Below are positions 1-9,518 of a stretch of 64,000 nt of DNA, piece by piece; within the stretch, counting starts at the first letter, position 1, and each line of letters begins with the position of its first letter. Under the pieces are notes generated by a model. That model saw nothing but the letters and a program-made list of their open reading frames with translations, was not told the origin of the DNA and did no database searches. The position numbers and the translations under genes are program-made. The stretch spans positions 58,464-122,463 of the forward strand of contig JAZRIB010000009.1 of NCBI GenBank assembly GCA_045645065.1, read 5' to 3'. Origin of the DNA: Candidatus Enterousia sp. Lineage in GTDB: Bacteria; Pseudomonadota; Alphaproteobacteria; Rs-D84.

Positions 1-227
1 TTAGTCCACAGATTCAAGAATTAACAAAAGAATTGCAAGATGCAGATGCGTGGTGTGAACATTGGAAGTCAGAACTAAATTCTGTTGATTATACTGATGA
101 AACCAAAGATTTTGATGACCAAGAAGCAGATAAAACGCATTATACGCTGGAATATCAAAAAGCGTACAAGCGTAAATGTGAATTGCAAAAACAATTAGAC
201 AATCTGTGTAACGGCAAGGTACGTTAA
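1..227 (+). CDS. Hypothetical protein, C-terminal part (5'-truncated by window edge)
   Basis: Frame is open from position 3 (SPQIQELTKELQDAD...LCNGKVR*). Charged, coiled-coil-like composition. Confidence 0.7.
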   Translation, partial: SPQIQELTKELQDADAWCEHWKSELNSVDYTDETKDFDDQEADKTHYTLEYQKAYKRKCELQKQLDNLCNGKVR

Positions 228-305
228 AAAATTCAAGATATGCAAAAAAAAATTTATTATTTTTACTTGCATTTGGAATAAAAAGGTATAGAATAACATT
301 CCGTT

Positions 306-382
306 GCATCCATAGCTTAATTGGATAAAGCATCTGACTACGGATCAGAAGACTGAGGGTTCGAATCCTTCTGGATGCGCCA
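306..382 (+). tRNA. tRNA-Arg (anticodon ACG)
   Basis: Acceptor stem GCATCCA/TGGATGC; anticodon arm TCTGA-CT ACG GA-TCAGA; T-loop GGTTCGAATCC; encoded CCA. Confidence 0.97.
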
Positions 383-391
383 CGAATTCAA

Positions 392-420
392 ACACCGCCG
401 TTTGGCGGTGTGTTTTTTTT
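392..420 (+). terminator. Intrinsic terminator after tRNA-Arg
   Basis: ACACCGCC-GTTT-GGCGGTGT followed by a T-tract. Confidence 0.8.
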
Positions 421-463
421 CGTGTGTATGTAAAAAAAAAAACCGCCAAATGGCGGGATTTTT

Positions 464-808
464 TTATTTTACCTTTACATATTTGCAAGATTTCTTGCAA
501 CCACATGTTTTTTTACAATCACATGATTTTTTTACAGGTGGTGTTACCGTTGCGGTATGATGATGGTGTTTCGCGCTGAATGTATTACGATTGTATAATG
601 CATCGCATTTTGTATTCTGGTATACGATTTTTTTATCTGTGTCTATGGAACTAATTTCATCGCTAAAATAACGACCGCGTTCAACACTGTAAAAAATACA
701 GTTTTCGCCGTCTTGGGTGTAACGAACGCCACTTTTGTAATAATCATAATAACTGGAACAGCCAGACAGCATAACCAATGTCAAAATAGAGATTAAAACT
801 TTATTCAT
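464..808 (-). CDS. Small lipoprotein with His/Cys/Lys-rich C-terminal tail
   Basis: Signal peptide with lipobox LSGC; RBS AAGGA; hairpin CCGCC-AAAT-GGCGG at 443-456 with A-tract downstream. Confidence 0.8.
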   Translation of the reverse strand: MNKVLISILTLVMLSGCSSYYDYYKSGVRYTQDGENCIFYSVERGRYFSDEISSIDTDKKIVYQNTKCDALYNRNTFSAKHHHHTATVTPPVKKSCDCKKTCGCKKSCKYVKVK

Positions 809-930
809 TCTTAATATCCTTTGTTGTTTGGACTCTGCCCACGCCCCCGATTTAGGATAATTGTGTCAAAAGATATAAAAATGTCAAGTTTTTGTGATAT
901 TTATGGTATAATGGTCTAAAAGGATGAACG

Positions 931-1875
931 ATGAAGTATACTGAATTTGGTTTGGTGAATACCAACAATATGTTTCGTGATGCAGTTGCGAAAAAATATG
1001 CGGTGCCTGCGTTTAATTTTTATAATATGGAAACGTTGACAGCAATTTTGGCGGCGGTGCGCGAAGTGCATAGTCCTGTGATACTAGCCGTTTCTGAATC
1101 TGCGATGAAATATATGGGCGACGAAATGCTGATGGGGTTAATATTGGGCGCCAAGATAAAACCAAATGAACAAATAGCATTGCATCTGGATCACGGCAGT
1201 TCAATTGATGCGTGCAAGCATGCCATTGATTTGGGGCTTTCGTCTGTTATGATTGATGCCAGTAGTGCGCCATTCGCACAAAATCTAGAAATAACAAAAT
1301 CGGTTGTTGATTATGCACATAAGCGTGGCGTATCAGTAGAGGCAGAACTGGGGACGCTGTCTGGTATCGAAGATGAAAATACAAAATCAAACACAACCGG
1401 ATATACTAAAATTTCAGATGCTAAAAAATTTGTTAATGCAACAAATGTAGATTCTTTGGCAATATCAATCGGGACCAGTCATGGTGCGTATAAACGTAAA
1501 TCAGATGATGAAGAATTGCGTTTTGATATCTTGGAAGGTATTGTGAAAAGTTTGCCAAATTTTCCGCTGGTTTTGCATGGGGCATCTCAAATTCCAGAAA
1601 AATTAGTCATGAAAATAAATAAGTATGGTGGTGCTGTGGATAACGCGCGTGGAATTGCCCCAGAACAATTGCGTCATGCAATAGAAATGAATATATGCAA
1701 AATAAACATAGACAGTGATTTACGTGTGGCTATGACGGCGGCAATAAGAAAAGATTTGACCGAAAAACCATCAAACTTTAATCCGCGCGAATATTTAAGA
1801 CAGGCCACAGATTTAATGCGTGATGTGTGTATCGAAGAAATACAAACAATTATGGGTTCTGGAAACAGATTGTAA
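931..1875 (+). CDS. fba: Class II fructose-1,6-bisphosphate aldolase
   Basis: Motifs AVPAFN, ALHLDHG, SVMIDAS, VEAELG, GTSHGAYK, LVLHGAS, KINIDSD. Confidence 0.95.
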   Translation: MKYTEFGLVNTNNMFRDAVAKKYAVPAFNFYNMETLTAILAAVREVHSPVILAVSESAMKYMGDEMLMGLILGAKIKPNEQIALHLDHGSSIDACKHAIDLGLSSVMIDASSAPFAQNLEITKSVVDYAHKRGVSVEAELGTLSGIEDENTKSNTTGYTKISDAKKFVNATNVDSLAISIGTSHGAYKRKSDDEELRFDILEGIVKSLPNFPLVLHGASQIPEKLVMKINKYGGAVDNARGIAPEQLRHAIEMNICKINIDSDLRVAMTAAIRKDLTEKPSNFNPREYLRQATDLMRDVCIEEIQTIMGSGNRL

Positions 1876-1877
1876 AA

Positions 1878-1899
1878 AAACGCCCCGTGTGGGGCGTTT
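1878..1899. terminator. Bidirectional terminator between fba and efp
   Basis: AAACGCCCC-GTGT-GGGGCGTTT between convergent genes. Confidence 0.75.
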
Positions 1900-1915
1900 G
1901 ATAATATAAAAAATA

Positions 1916-2485
1916 TTATTTTGCACGTTCAACATATTCCAGTGTTTCTGTGTTGACGACAATCTTTTCGCCTTGTTCGATAAACAAAGGAACCTGGACG
2001 CGTACGCCGTTATCAAGGATAGCAGGTTTGCCACCACTGCTGGATACGGTTTGACCTTTTAATGCAGGTTCTGTTTCTTCGACGGTTGCGATAACTGTTT
2101 TTGGTAATGAAATTGATACAGGCTGACCTTCTACAAAATTGGCTTTGACGGACATTTCTGGTGCCAAGAATTTCATCATGTCGCCCAATGAATCAACAGG
2201 CATTGTAAATTGTTCATAATCAGACAGATTCATAAAGAAAGCATCACTGCCGTCTGAATACAGATATTGACATTCGAAATCTTCGACCATTAATTTTTCA
2301 ACTTTATCTTCGGCGCGCCAGCGGTCACCACCTTTGTTCCCAGAATCAATATCGCGCAGGTCGGCTTGGACAAATGCGCCACCCTTGCCAGGTTTTACTT
2401 TTGTAATAGATGTAACGGAATAACGTTTACCATTGTGTGAAATTACCCAACCCACACGCATATCATTTGCAATATATGATGCCAT
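1916..2485 (-). CDS. efp: Translation elongation factor P
   Basis: KPGKGGAFVQ loop; C-terminal KPAILDNGVRVQVPLFI...YVERA. Confidence 0.97.
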   Translation of the reverse strand: MASYIANDMRVGWVISHNGKRYSVTSITKVKPGKGGAFVQADLRDIDSGNKGGDRWRAEDKVEKLMVEDFECQYLYSDGSDAFFMNLSDYEQFTMPVDSLGDMMKFLAPEMSVKANFVEGQPVSISLPKTVIATVEETEPALKGQTVSSSGGKPAILDNGVRVQVPLFIEQGEKIVVNTETLEYVERAK

Positions 2486-2547
2486 ATTTTATACCTCTTT
2501 GATTTAACTGTTACGATTATAAGAATATTCTTGTTTTGTGCAAGGAC

Positions 2548-3090
2548 TTATTGTATTTCACGTTTATGTGTCCAATAACGGTCTATGCTGTCCATGATGA
2601 TTTTGTCTGCGGCTTCGCGATCCGCCCAACCAATAATTTTAGACCATGCGTTTGCTTGCAGGTCTTTGTAGTGCTGGAAAAAGTATTCAATTTTTGAACG
2701 CAAAATCTCAGGTAACTGTTCAATATATTCGATTGTTTCATAGTACGGATCGATTTTGTCGCGTGGAACACAGATGATTTTTTCATCGCCACCGGCTTGG
2801 TCTTCCATTAAAAGGGCGCCGATTGGACGAACCTCAATCAATACACCTGGGCGCAGGGGGGCGTTACATACAACAACACAGTCCAATGGATCGCCGTCAT
2901 CGCCCAATGTGCCTGGAAAATAACCATAGTTTGCAGGATATGCCATCGGTGCGTGTAAAATACGGTCTACTTTTAATAAACCTGTTTCTTTGTCGATTTC
3001 GTATTTTACATGTCCGTTTTCCGGAATTTCGATGATTGCATTCATCTTTTTTGGTGGCATTTTACCAGGTGCCAAATTTTCTAGTGTCAT
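2548..3090 (-). CDS. ppa: Inorganic pyrophosphatase (family I)
   Basis: IIEIP, KYEIDK, YPANYG, DDGDPLD, DEKII, FFQHYKDL. Start placed at MTLENL. Confidence 0.95.
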   Translation of the reverse strand: MTLENLAPGKMPPKKMNAIIEIPENGHVKYEIDKETGLLKVDRILHAPMAYPANYGYFPGTLGDDGDPLDCVVVCNAPLRPGVLIEVRPIGALLMEDQAGGDEKIICVPRDKIDPYYETIEYIEQLPEILRSKIEYFFQHYKDLQANAWSKIIGWADREAADKIIMDSIDRYWTHKREIQ

Positions 3091-3184
3091 GATAAACCTT
3101 TGTTTTTGTTGCGCTAAGGTTATCATAAAAAATCAGAAATGCAATACAGGAATCAAAAATCCCCCATGTTGGGGGATTGGATTT

Positions 3185-4186
3185 TTATTTGATTAATTTG
3201 CCCATTGCAACGGCGGTATCGTTCATACGGTTTGAAAAACCCCATTCATTATCGTACCACGCGGTTACATGAACTAATTTATCGCCCAAGACCTTGGTTT
3301 GTCCTGCGTCAAATACAGAACTGTGCGCGTCGTGGGTGAAATCAATTGATACCAACGGTAAATCGTTATATCCAAATGTTTTGGATTCTGCTGCCTTCAT
3401 CGCAGAATTAACCGCATCAACTGTTGCGTCTTTTTCCAGGTTTGCAACCAATTCCACAACAGATACGTCTGGGGTTGGTACGCGAATTGCCATACCGTCT
3501 AATTTACCGGCTAATTCTGGTAATACCAATCCAATTGCCTTGGCGGCACCGGTGCTGGTCGGAATCATAGACAGGTTTGCCGCACGTGCGCGACGAAAAT
3601 CTTTGTGGTTTTTATCTAATAATTGCTGGTCGCCAGTGTATGCATGGACAGTTGTCATCCAGCCCGATACAACGCCGAATGTGTCGTTTAACACTTTGAC
3701 CACCGGTGCCAGACAGTTTGTTGTGCATGATGCGTTGGATACAATTAAATCTTTGGCCGTCAATGTGTCTTGATTAACACCATATACGATTGTTTTGTCG
3801 GCACCCGCGGATGGTGCAGATACCAATACGCGTTTTGCGCCGGCTTCCAGGTGAACGCGCGCTTTGTCTGCTGCGGTAAAGATACCCGTGCATTCCATAA
3901 CAATATCAATATCCATTTCACCCCATGGCAGTTTTGCTGGGTCGCGTTCAGCGATACATTTAATATGCTGATTGCTAACGTTAATGTATTCTCCGTCCAG
4001 TGTTACGTCCATTGGTAAATTTCCATGCACAGAATCATATTTTAATAAATATGCATTCTGTTCTGCTGGGGCTAAATCGTTAACCGCAACAAATTCGATG
4101 TCGTCACGTTTGGATTCCAATGCAGCACGCAATACCAAGCGGCCAATACGACCAAATCCATTAATAGCAACTCTGATTTTTGACAT
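3185..4186 (-). CDS. gap: Glyceraldehyde-3-phosphate dehydrogenase (type I)
   Basis: INGFGRIGR, ASCTTNCL, WYDNEWGF. Start placed at MSKIRV behind an AAGGA RBS. Confidence 0.98.
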   Translation of the reverse strand: MSKIRVAINGFGRIGRLVLRAALESKRDDIEFVAVNDLAPAEQNAYLLKYDSVHGNLPMDVTLDGEYINVSNQHIKCIAERDPAKLPWGEMDIDIVMECTGIFTAADKARVHLEAGAKRVLVSAPSAGADKTIVYGVNQDTLTAKDLIVSNASCTTNCLAPVVKVLNDTFGVVSGWMTTVHAYTGDQQLLDKNHKDFRRARAANLSMIPTSTGAAKAIGLVLPELAGKLDGMAIRVPTPDVSVVELVANLEKDATVDAVNSAMKAAESKTFGYNDLPLVSIDFTHDAHSSVFDAGQTKVLGDKLVHVTAWYDNEWGFSNRMNDTAVAMGKLIK

Positions 4187-4279
4187 AATATATTTCCTTT
4201 CGTTTGTATTGGACAAATCTATATTAGCACCATAATTTTTAGATTTACAAGCATTTATTATGGGATATAATCCAATCAT

Positions 4280-5170
4280 ATGAAAAATTGTGCATATATT
4301 ATTTCAGGTCCTACTGCGTCGGGTAAGTCTGGTTTTGCCCATTCTTTGGCGCGCCGTATAAATGGTGAAATCATTAATTGCGACAGTGTTCAGATTTATC
4401 GTGGTATTGAAAATATCGCCGCCAGCCCTTTTGCAGGGCGTGAAATCACAGATAATATTGATGGGGTGCCGTATCGACTGTTTTCAATATTACCATTGAC
4501 AGAACAAATCAGTGTTGTTGATTATCTGAATATGGCACGTGATGCATATAACAATGCTATTGCGGCGGGACGTACACCAATTTTTGTTGGGGGTACTGGA
4601 TATTATATAAATGCAATAATTAATGGTATCGCCCCGATGCCGGATATAAGTGATGAAAATCGCGGACGTGCGCGTGAAATGGTGGCGACGGATATTAATG
4701 CAGTGCGTGCTATGTTGCCAGACGACTTTACCCAAACCGATCCCCAACGTGTTGCGCGTGCGCTGGAAGTGTTTCTGGAAACAGGTCGGCATATCACAGA
4801 TTTTCAAAATATGCCGCGTGTCGGTGCAATCGCGCCCGATGCAGTTCGCGTTTTAATTTCCCCAGATACAGATGTTTTGCGGGAACGTATTGCCGCGCGA
4901 ATTCCAGAAATGTTGGATTGTGGTGCATTGGATGAAGCGCGTGCGATAATTGATGCAAATTGGGATACGCGTCGCGCAATTGGTGCGCCCCAGGCGGTTG
5001 CTATTGTTCGTGGTGAAATGTCGCGGGATTTAGCGATTGCCGAATGGACAACAAAAACGAACCAGTATGCCAAACGTCAACGTACATGGTTCCGAACCCA
5101 GTTTGTTCCAGACATAATAATAAACCGCACCCCAACGGATGAGGATATTGATTTGGTGGTGAGGAAATGA
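4280..5170 (+). CDS. miaA: tRNA dimethylallyltransferase
   Basis: GPTASGKS, DSVQIY, VGGTGYY, RVARALEV, YAKRQRTWF. Confidence 0.95.
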   Translation: MKNCAYIISGPTASGKSGFAHSLARRINGEIINCDSVQIYRGIENIAASPFAGREITDNIDGVPYRLFSILPLTEQISVVDYLNMARDAYNNAIAAGRTPIFVGGTGYYINAIINGIAPMPDISDENRGRAREMVATDINAVRAMLPDDFTQTDPQRVARALEVFLETGRHITDFQNMPRVGAIAPDAVRVLISPDTDVLRERIAARIPEMLDCGALDEARAIIDANWDTRRAIGAPQAVAIVRGEMSRDLAIAEWTTKTNQYAKRQRTWFRTQFVPDIIINRTPTDEDIDLVVRK

Positions 5171-5790
5171 AAACAAACCCAGATTTTACAATTGAAAATA
5201 CGTTAAACGCTGAATTTATTGTCGGTGTGGATGAAGCAGGGCGGGGCCCCCTGTGTGGGCCGGTTGTAGCGGCGGCGGTGATGTTTCCATCGTATGATAT
5301 GGAAATCCCGGTCGTAATTCGTGATTCTAAACAAATGACCGCGTCCCAGCGTGCGGCGGCCTATGAATGGATAACGCGCAACACAAAATGGGCGGTTGGT
5401 ATGTGTTCCCCATCAGAAATCGATGAATTGAATATTTTATGGGCGTCTATGCGTGCGATGGAACGTGCGGTGGCGGGACTGGGGTGTGAAAATGCATATT
5501 GCTTAATTGATGGAAATCGTGTCCCAAAAAACATAGACGGTATGCCTGTGGTAAAGGGGGATGCGAAATCGCTTTCGATTGCAGCGGCATCTATTATTGC
5601 CAAAGAAACACGTGATAGAATTATGTCGGATTTGGCGCAACAGTTCCCAGAATATGGTTGGGATAAAAATGCGGGCTATCCAACAAAAACGCATTTACAG
5701 GCAATTGAAAAATATGGTATAACGGTACATCACCGAAAAACATTTGGACCTGTTAAAGAAAGGATAGAAAATGAAACTTCGTACGATTGA
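5167..5790 (+). CDS. rnhB: Ribonuclease HII
   Basis: GVDEAGRGPLCGPVVAAA, DSK, IDGN, KGDAKSLSIAAASIIAK. Confidence 0.96.
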   Translation: MKTNPDFTIENTLNAEFIVGVDEAGRGPLCGPVVAAAVMFPSYDMEIPVVIRDSKQMTASQRAAAYEWITRNTKWAVGMCSPSEIDELNILWASMRAMERAVAGLGCENAYCLIDGNRVPKNIDGMPVVKGDAKSLSIAAASIIAKETRDRIMSDLAQQFPEYGWDKNAGYPTKTHLQAIEKYGITVHHRKTFGPVKERIENETSYD

Positions 5791-6940
5791 TGGATTGGAT
5801 TTGCGCGGAAAGTATGTATTATTACGTGATGACTTTAATGTGCAAATTGTAGATGGACAAATCACAGACGCGTTCCGTATCGAACAAAGTATGCCAACAA
5901 TTAAAAAATTACGTAATATGGGCGCACGTGTTGCAATTTGTGCACACTTGGGGCGTCCAAAGGGCGAACGTAATATGGCATATTCAATGCAGCCAGTGGC
6001 AGAATATATGGGGGTAAAATTAATCCCAGATTGCTTGGATAAATCTTTTATGTCGGATATGCATGATGGGGATGTTGTGTTGCTGGAAAATGTCCGTTTC
6101 TATCCGGGTGAAGAAAAAAACGATCCTGCATTTGCGGCGGATTTAGCGCGCGGGTTTGATGTGTTTGTAAATGACGCGTTTGCGGTATCACATCGCGCCC
6201 ATGCCAGCACCGTTGGGGTGGCTGAAATATTGCCGTCATATGCAGGGGATTTGTTGGCGTCTGAAATAGAACACCTAAGTGCCGTTATGGAAAATCCAAA
6301 GCGTCCATTACTTTCCATTGTCGCCGGCAGCAAGGTTTCAACCAAAATCGGTGTTTTGAAAGCATTGGCAAAATTATCAGATAAATTAATTATTGGTGGT
6401 GCGCTGGGGACGACGTTTAATTATGCAATGGGGGGGCGCGTTGGAAATTCATTGTATGAAGCCGACCAGCGTGACACGGCACTGGAAATCTTGGCTTATG
6501 CACGTGAACAAGGGTGTGAGGTCTTGTTGCCGTTGGACAAAGGTGTTGCCAAAGAATTTGCCCGTGATGCGGAACGCACAAACAAAGACTTTACCCAAAT
6601 AGAAGACGATGACATTATTATTGATGCAGGTATTGCCACAACCCAGCGTGATGTAAGCGAGATAAAGCAGGCTGCAACAGTTATCTGGAACGGTACGGTT
6701 GGTATGGCGGAATGGGCGCCGGTATGGTCGTATGGCTCGTTCGCGATTGCGAATGCGATTGCCGACCAGACGCGTGCAGGCAAACTGGAAAGCATTGTTG
6801 GTGGTGGCGATACAGTCGCAGCATTAACGGCGTGTGGTGTCAAAGATGATATCACGTATGTATCAACTGGGGGTGGGGCGTTCCTGGAATTTGTCGAAGG
6901 ACGCACATTACCAGGTGTTGCGATTTTGGAAAATAAATAG
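5771..6940 (+). CDS. pgk: Phosphoglycerate kinase
   Basis: RDDFNV, HLGRPKG, LLENVRF, NDAFAVSHRAHAS, GGGDT, STGGGAFLE. Confidence 0.97.
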   Translation: MKLRTIDGLDLRGKYVLLRDDFNVQIVDGQITDAFRIEQSMPTIKKLRNMGARVAICAHLGRPKGERNMAYSMQPVAEYMGVKLIPDCLDKSFMSDMHDGDVVLLENVRFYPGEEKNDPAFAADLARGFDVFVNDAFAVSHRAHASTVGVAEILPSYAGDLLASEIEHLSAVMENPKRPLLSIVAGSKVSTKIGVLKALAKLSDKLIIGGALGTTFNYAMGGRVGNSLYEADQRDTALEILAYAREQGCEVLLPLDKGVAKEFARDAERTNKDFTQIEDDDIIIDAGIATTQRDVSEIKQAATVIWNGTVGMAEWAPVWSYGSFAIANAIADQTRAGKLESIVGGGDTVAALTACGVKDDITYVSTGGGAFLEFVEGRTLPGVAILENK

Positions 6941-7055
6941 AATACAAGATTGAAAAAATCCCCGCATAACCATCTGGTTGTGCGATGGGATAATAACGCG
7001 TTAAGGAATGGTCCACAGACAATTTATGTAATGGGATTTTTCTGGCGGTGTGTTT

Positions 7056-7256
7056 TTATTTTGTTTTCTGGTTTATGTCGTGGTACAGCATATTGTAATG
7101 CTGGCGGCATACAGATTTATAATTACTGTCGCCCGGTGCAAATTGATTGCCAGCATGAATAACACGACCGCTTTTATCGAATCGCAGGTGATGTGTCGCT
7201 AATTCCACGCAGCCTTTTTTATCGTTGGGATTATTGGCATAAAAATTATGAATATC
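7056..7256 (-). pseudogene. tdk: Thymidine kinase C-terminal remnant (no ATG; not in ORF track)
   Basis: Minus-strand frame reads ...KKGCVELATHHLRFDKSGRVIHAGNQFAPGDSNYKSVCRQHY...QKTK*, which resembles the Tdk lasso/Zn region ending Y-x-S-V-C-R-x-H-Y. In-frame TAA at 7257-7259; no P-loop domain. Confidence 0.65.
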
Positions 7257-7295
7257 TTATGAAAAAATATATGGTTATGTGATATACTGGTTCAT

Positions 7296-8195
7296 ATGAA
7301 ATGGCATAATTTGGTTTTTTTCTTGATCGGAATAGGGGGAATGACATCAGCATGCTGGGCGGCTGGTTTTTTGAAGGCAGAATCATTTCCCGCTACATTC
7401 CAAGATTTATCGTTTGAAAATCGTATGAATGTATTGGCGGATGGTTACGATGGTTTTGAAACCAAGTTTGATTCGAATGGCGTTTGTATTTCTGGGTGTC
7501 CGTATCGGGGAATTACAGTTAAACAAATGCAACAAATGAGTAATCAAAATACAATTGCAGGGAATGCGTATATTCTGAATCAAATACATAACATGCAAAC
7601 AGTTCCACCCAGGACACAGTCAGAAACGCATCCAACTGTTTCGGCTGATACGTTGCCAAATTTAGCAGTATATCAGCCAGCCGAACAACGGGTGTGTAAA
7701 TATCACAGTGATATTGTTGATTTTTCAAATTCTGTTCCAGTCCAGGCACCATTAGACGGAAATTTGATTGTTACATCTGATTTTGGCCCACGCAAAGCAC
7801 CCACAGACGGTGCATCAACATGGCATTCTGGGATTGATTTGTCTGCACCAAAGGGAACGCCTGTGTATGCGCCGGCAATGGGACGTGTGGCTGGGACGCC
7901 GGGTGGCGCGTGTGGTTTGGGACTGGAAATAGACCATGGAAATGGATTTGTTACGAAATATTGCCACCTTAACGAACGTGGGGTTAATGTTGGCGATACA
8001 ATTCAATCGGGATGTCAAATTGGTACTGTTGGTAATACAGGGGTCAGTACAGGGCCACATTTGCATTATGCAATAATGTATAATAATCAACCATTTGATC
8101 CGCTGTATAGGGAAAATCGTTTGGGACGTTCGTATTCAATGACTGATATGTCCCCAGGACGCGAAAACGGTGTTATTTTGCCCGGACGAATTTAA
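7296..8195 (+). CDS. Secreted M23-family metallopeptidase (peptidoglycan hydrolase-like)
   Basis: Signal peptide; TSDFGPR, HSGID (HxxxD), TKYCHL, GNTGVSTGPHLHY (HxH). Confidence 0.9.
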   Translation: MKWHNLVFFLIGIGGMTSACWAAGFLKAESFPATFQDLSFENRMNVLADGYDGFETKFDSNGVCISGCPYRGITVKQMQQMSNQNTIAGNAYILNQIHNMQTVPPRTQSETHPTVSADTLPNLAVYQPAEQRVCKYHSDIVDFSNSVPVQAPLDGNLIVTSDFGPRKAPTDGASTWHSGIDLSAPKGTPVYAPAMGRVAGTPGGACGLGLEIDHGNGFVTKYCHLNERGVNVGDTIQSGCQIGTVGNTGVSTGPHLHYAIMYNNQPFDPLYRENRLGRSYSMTDMSPGRENGVILPGRI

Positions 8196-8538
8196 CAGAA
8201 AAACTGCCGTTATTAATAGGGGTAAATGATACAATATATGGCGACAAAATACTGTCTGTTGCCCATTGGGGGAATTTTTGGCGCAGTATGCCACTGGCAC
8301 CGGTGATAATGCATGCGGTGCGTGTGCCAGATTTGGCTAAGTCCATTATTGCGGTCCATGCTTCTTCGACGGTGTATTGGTGTAAATCCAGTGTGCTGTG
8401 TTTTGGTACGGTGGGATTTTGTGGAATACGGCGTGACAGGTGCAGTTCACTGCGTACATTTTTGCGTGTGTGCGCATCGTCTGGTGTGAATTCTGCGCCA
8501 ATCATTTTATAAATATCTGTATCGGTTAATTGTTTCAT
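8173..8538 (-). CDS. Small Smr/MutS2-domain protein
   Basis: LDLHQYTVEEA, IITGASGILR, NNGSF. Start placed at MKQLTD. Confidence 0.85.
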   Translation of the reverse strand: MKQLTDTDIYKMIGAEFTPDDAHTRKNVRSELHLSRRIPQNPTVPKHSTLDLHQYTVEEAWTAIMDLAKSGTRTACIITGASGILRQKFPQWATDSILSPYIVSFTPINNGSFSVKFVRAK

Positions 8539-8582
8539 AGGATATATAATATAAAAATTTGGACACGTTATCAAAAGTATTT

Positions 8583-9506
8583 TTATTTGGAAAATTGATT
8601 TTCCAGTTCATATATACTGAAAATTTGTCTGCGCATAAATTCGATTTTGTTTGTGTTGTTAGTGATGCTTTTTGCGCTGGTTGCGTTTGTGCGTAAATCA
8701 TCAGACGCCTTAATAAAGCGACGCAATATCACCGCCATAATGCGATATTTCATAATCATTCGCAGGTTTTCATTGCGAACCCCAGGCATAGAATACAGTT
8801 CGTCATTGTGCAGACGACAATAGGTTTCATATACAGGTTTGCAAATGTTCAGTTCAATTTGCAGTGGTGCAAATATGTCGCGATAGATAAAGTTATAATT
8901 TGCTTCGGCAAAGTCAATAAATGACAGTGTGCTGGTGTTTGGATCGTATAAAACATTACCGGAATTCAAATCACAGTGTGACCACGCCGGACGTGTTTCG
9001 TATTCAAATGCGCCAACATTATCACGAATTTTTGCCATGAAACGGACTTCGGTTGGGTTGAACCATTTGTGCATTTTGTTTTCAATAAATTTATCCAGAC
9101 GATCAAATTTTATGTCTTGGGCAATTTTATGTGGTTGAATATCCTGGATTGGTTTCAGTTCATTCATATCAACCAAAAATGCTGCAATACCATCAATGAT
9201 TTCGTAACGTTGACGACGAGACAGGGTCTGGAACAGTTCCGCAGTTAAATGTTCGCCAGGCGCGCGTTCTTCTAGTAATTGATATTCGTCATCTTTGATA
9301 AAACTCATACGTGATATATTATAGCGTGGATTACCAACAGCATGGATAGCATCAATAATTTCTTTGGTACGATGTTGCTTTTTTAACCATTGATTACGTG
9401 CGTTGTCCCCCAACGTAGGCAGTGGGCGTTTCATAACAAACCCAGGGCCAAAATCGGCAATGTACGTTTCACGACCATGTATAAGATTTTCTAGTGTGTT
9501 ACTCAT
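8583..9506 (-). CDS. APH/choline-kinase-like phosphotransferase
   Basis: FVMKRP (ATP-binding Lys), Brenner-type motif HCDLNSGNVL, FIDFAEA. Confidence 0.85.
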   Translation of the reverse strand: MSNTLENLIHGRETYIADFGPGFVMKRPLPTLGDNARNQWLKKQHRTKEIIDAIHAVGNPRYNISRMSFIKDDEYQLLEERAPGEHLTAELFQTLSRRQRYEIIDGIAAFLVDMNELKPIQDIQPHKIAQDIKFDRLDKFIENKMHKWFNPTEVRFMAKIRDNVGAFEYETRPAWSHCDLNSGNVLYDPNTSTLSFIDFAEANYNFIYRDIFAPLQIELNICKPVYETYCRLHNDELYSMPGVRNENLRMIMKYRIMAVILRRFIKASDDLRTNATSAKSITNNTNKIEFMRRQIFSIYELENQFSK

Positions 9507-9518
9507 ATTTTCCTTGGA

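Noticed and set aside
6950-7162. 70-aa plus-strand ORF after pgk
   Set aside because: It begins inside the pgk terminator hairpin and overlaps the better-supported tdk remnant on the opposite strand.
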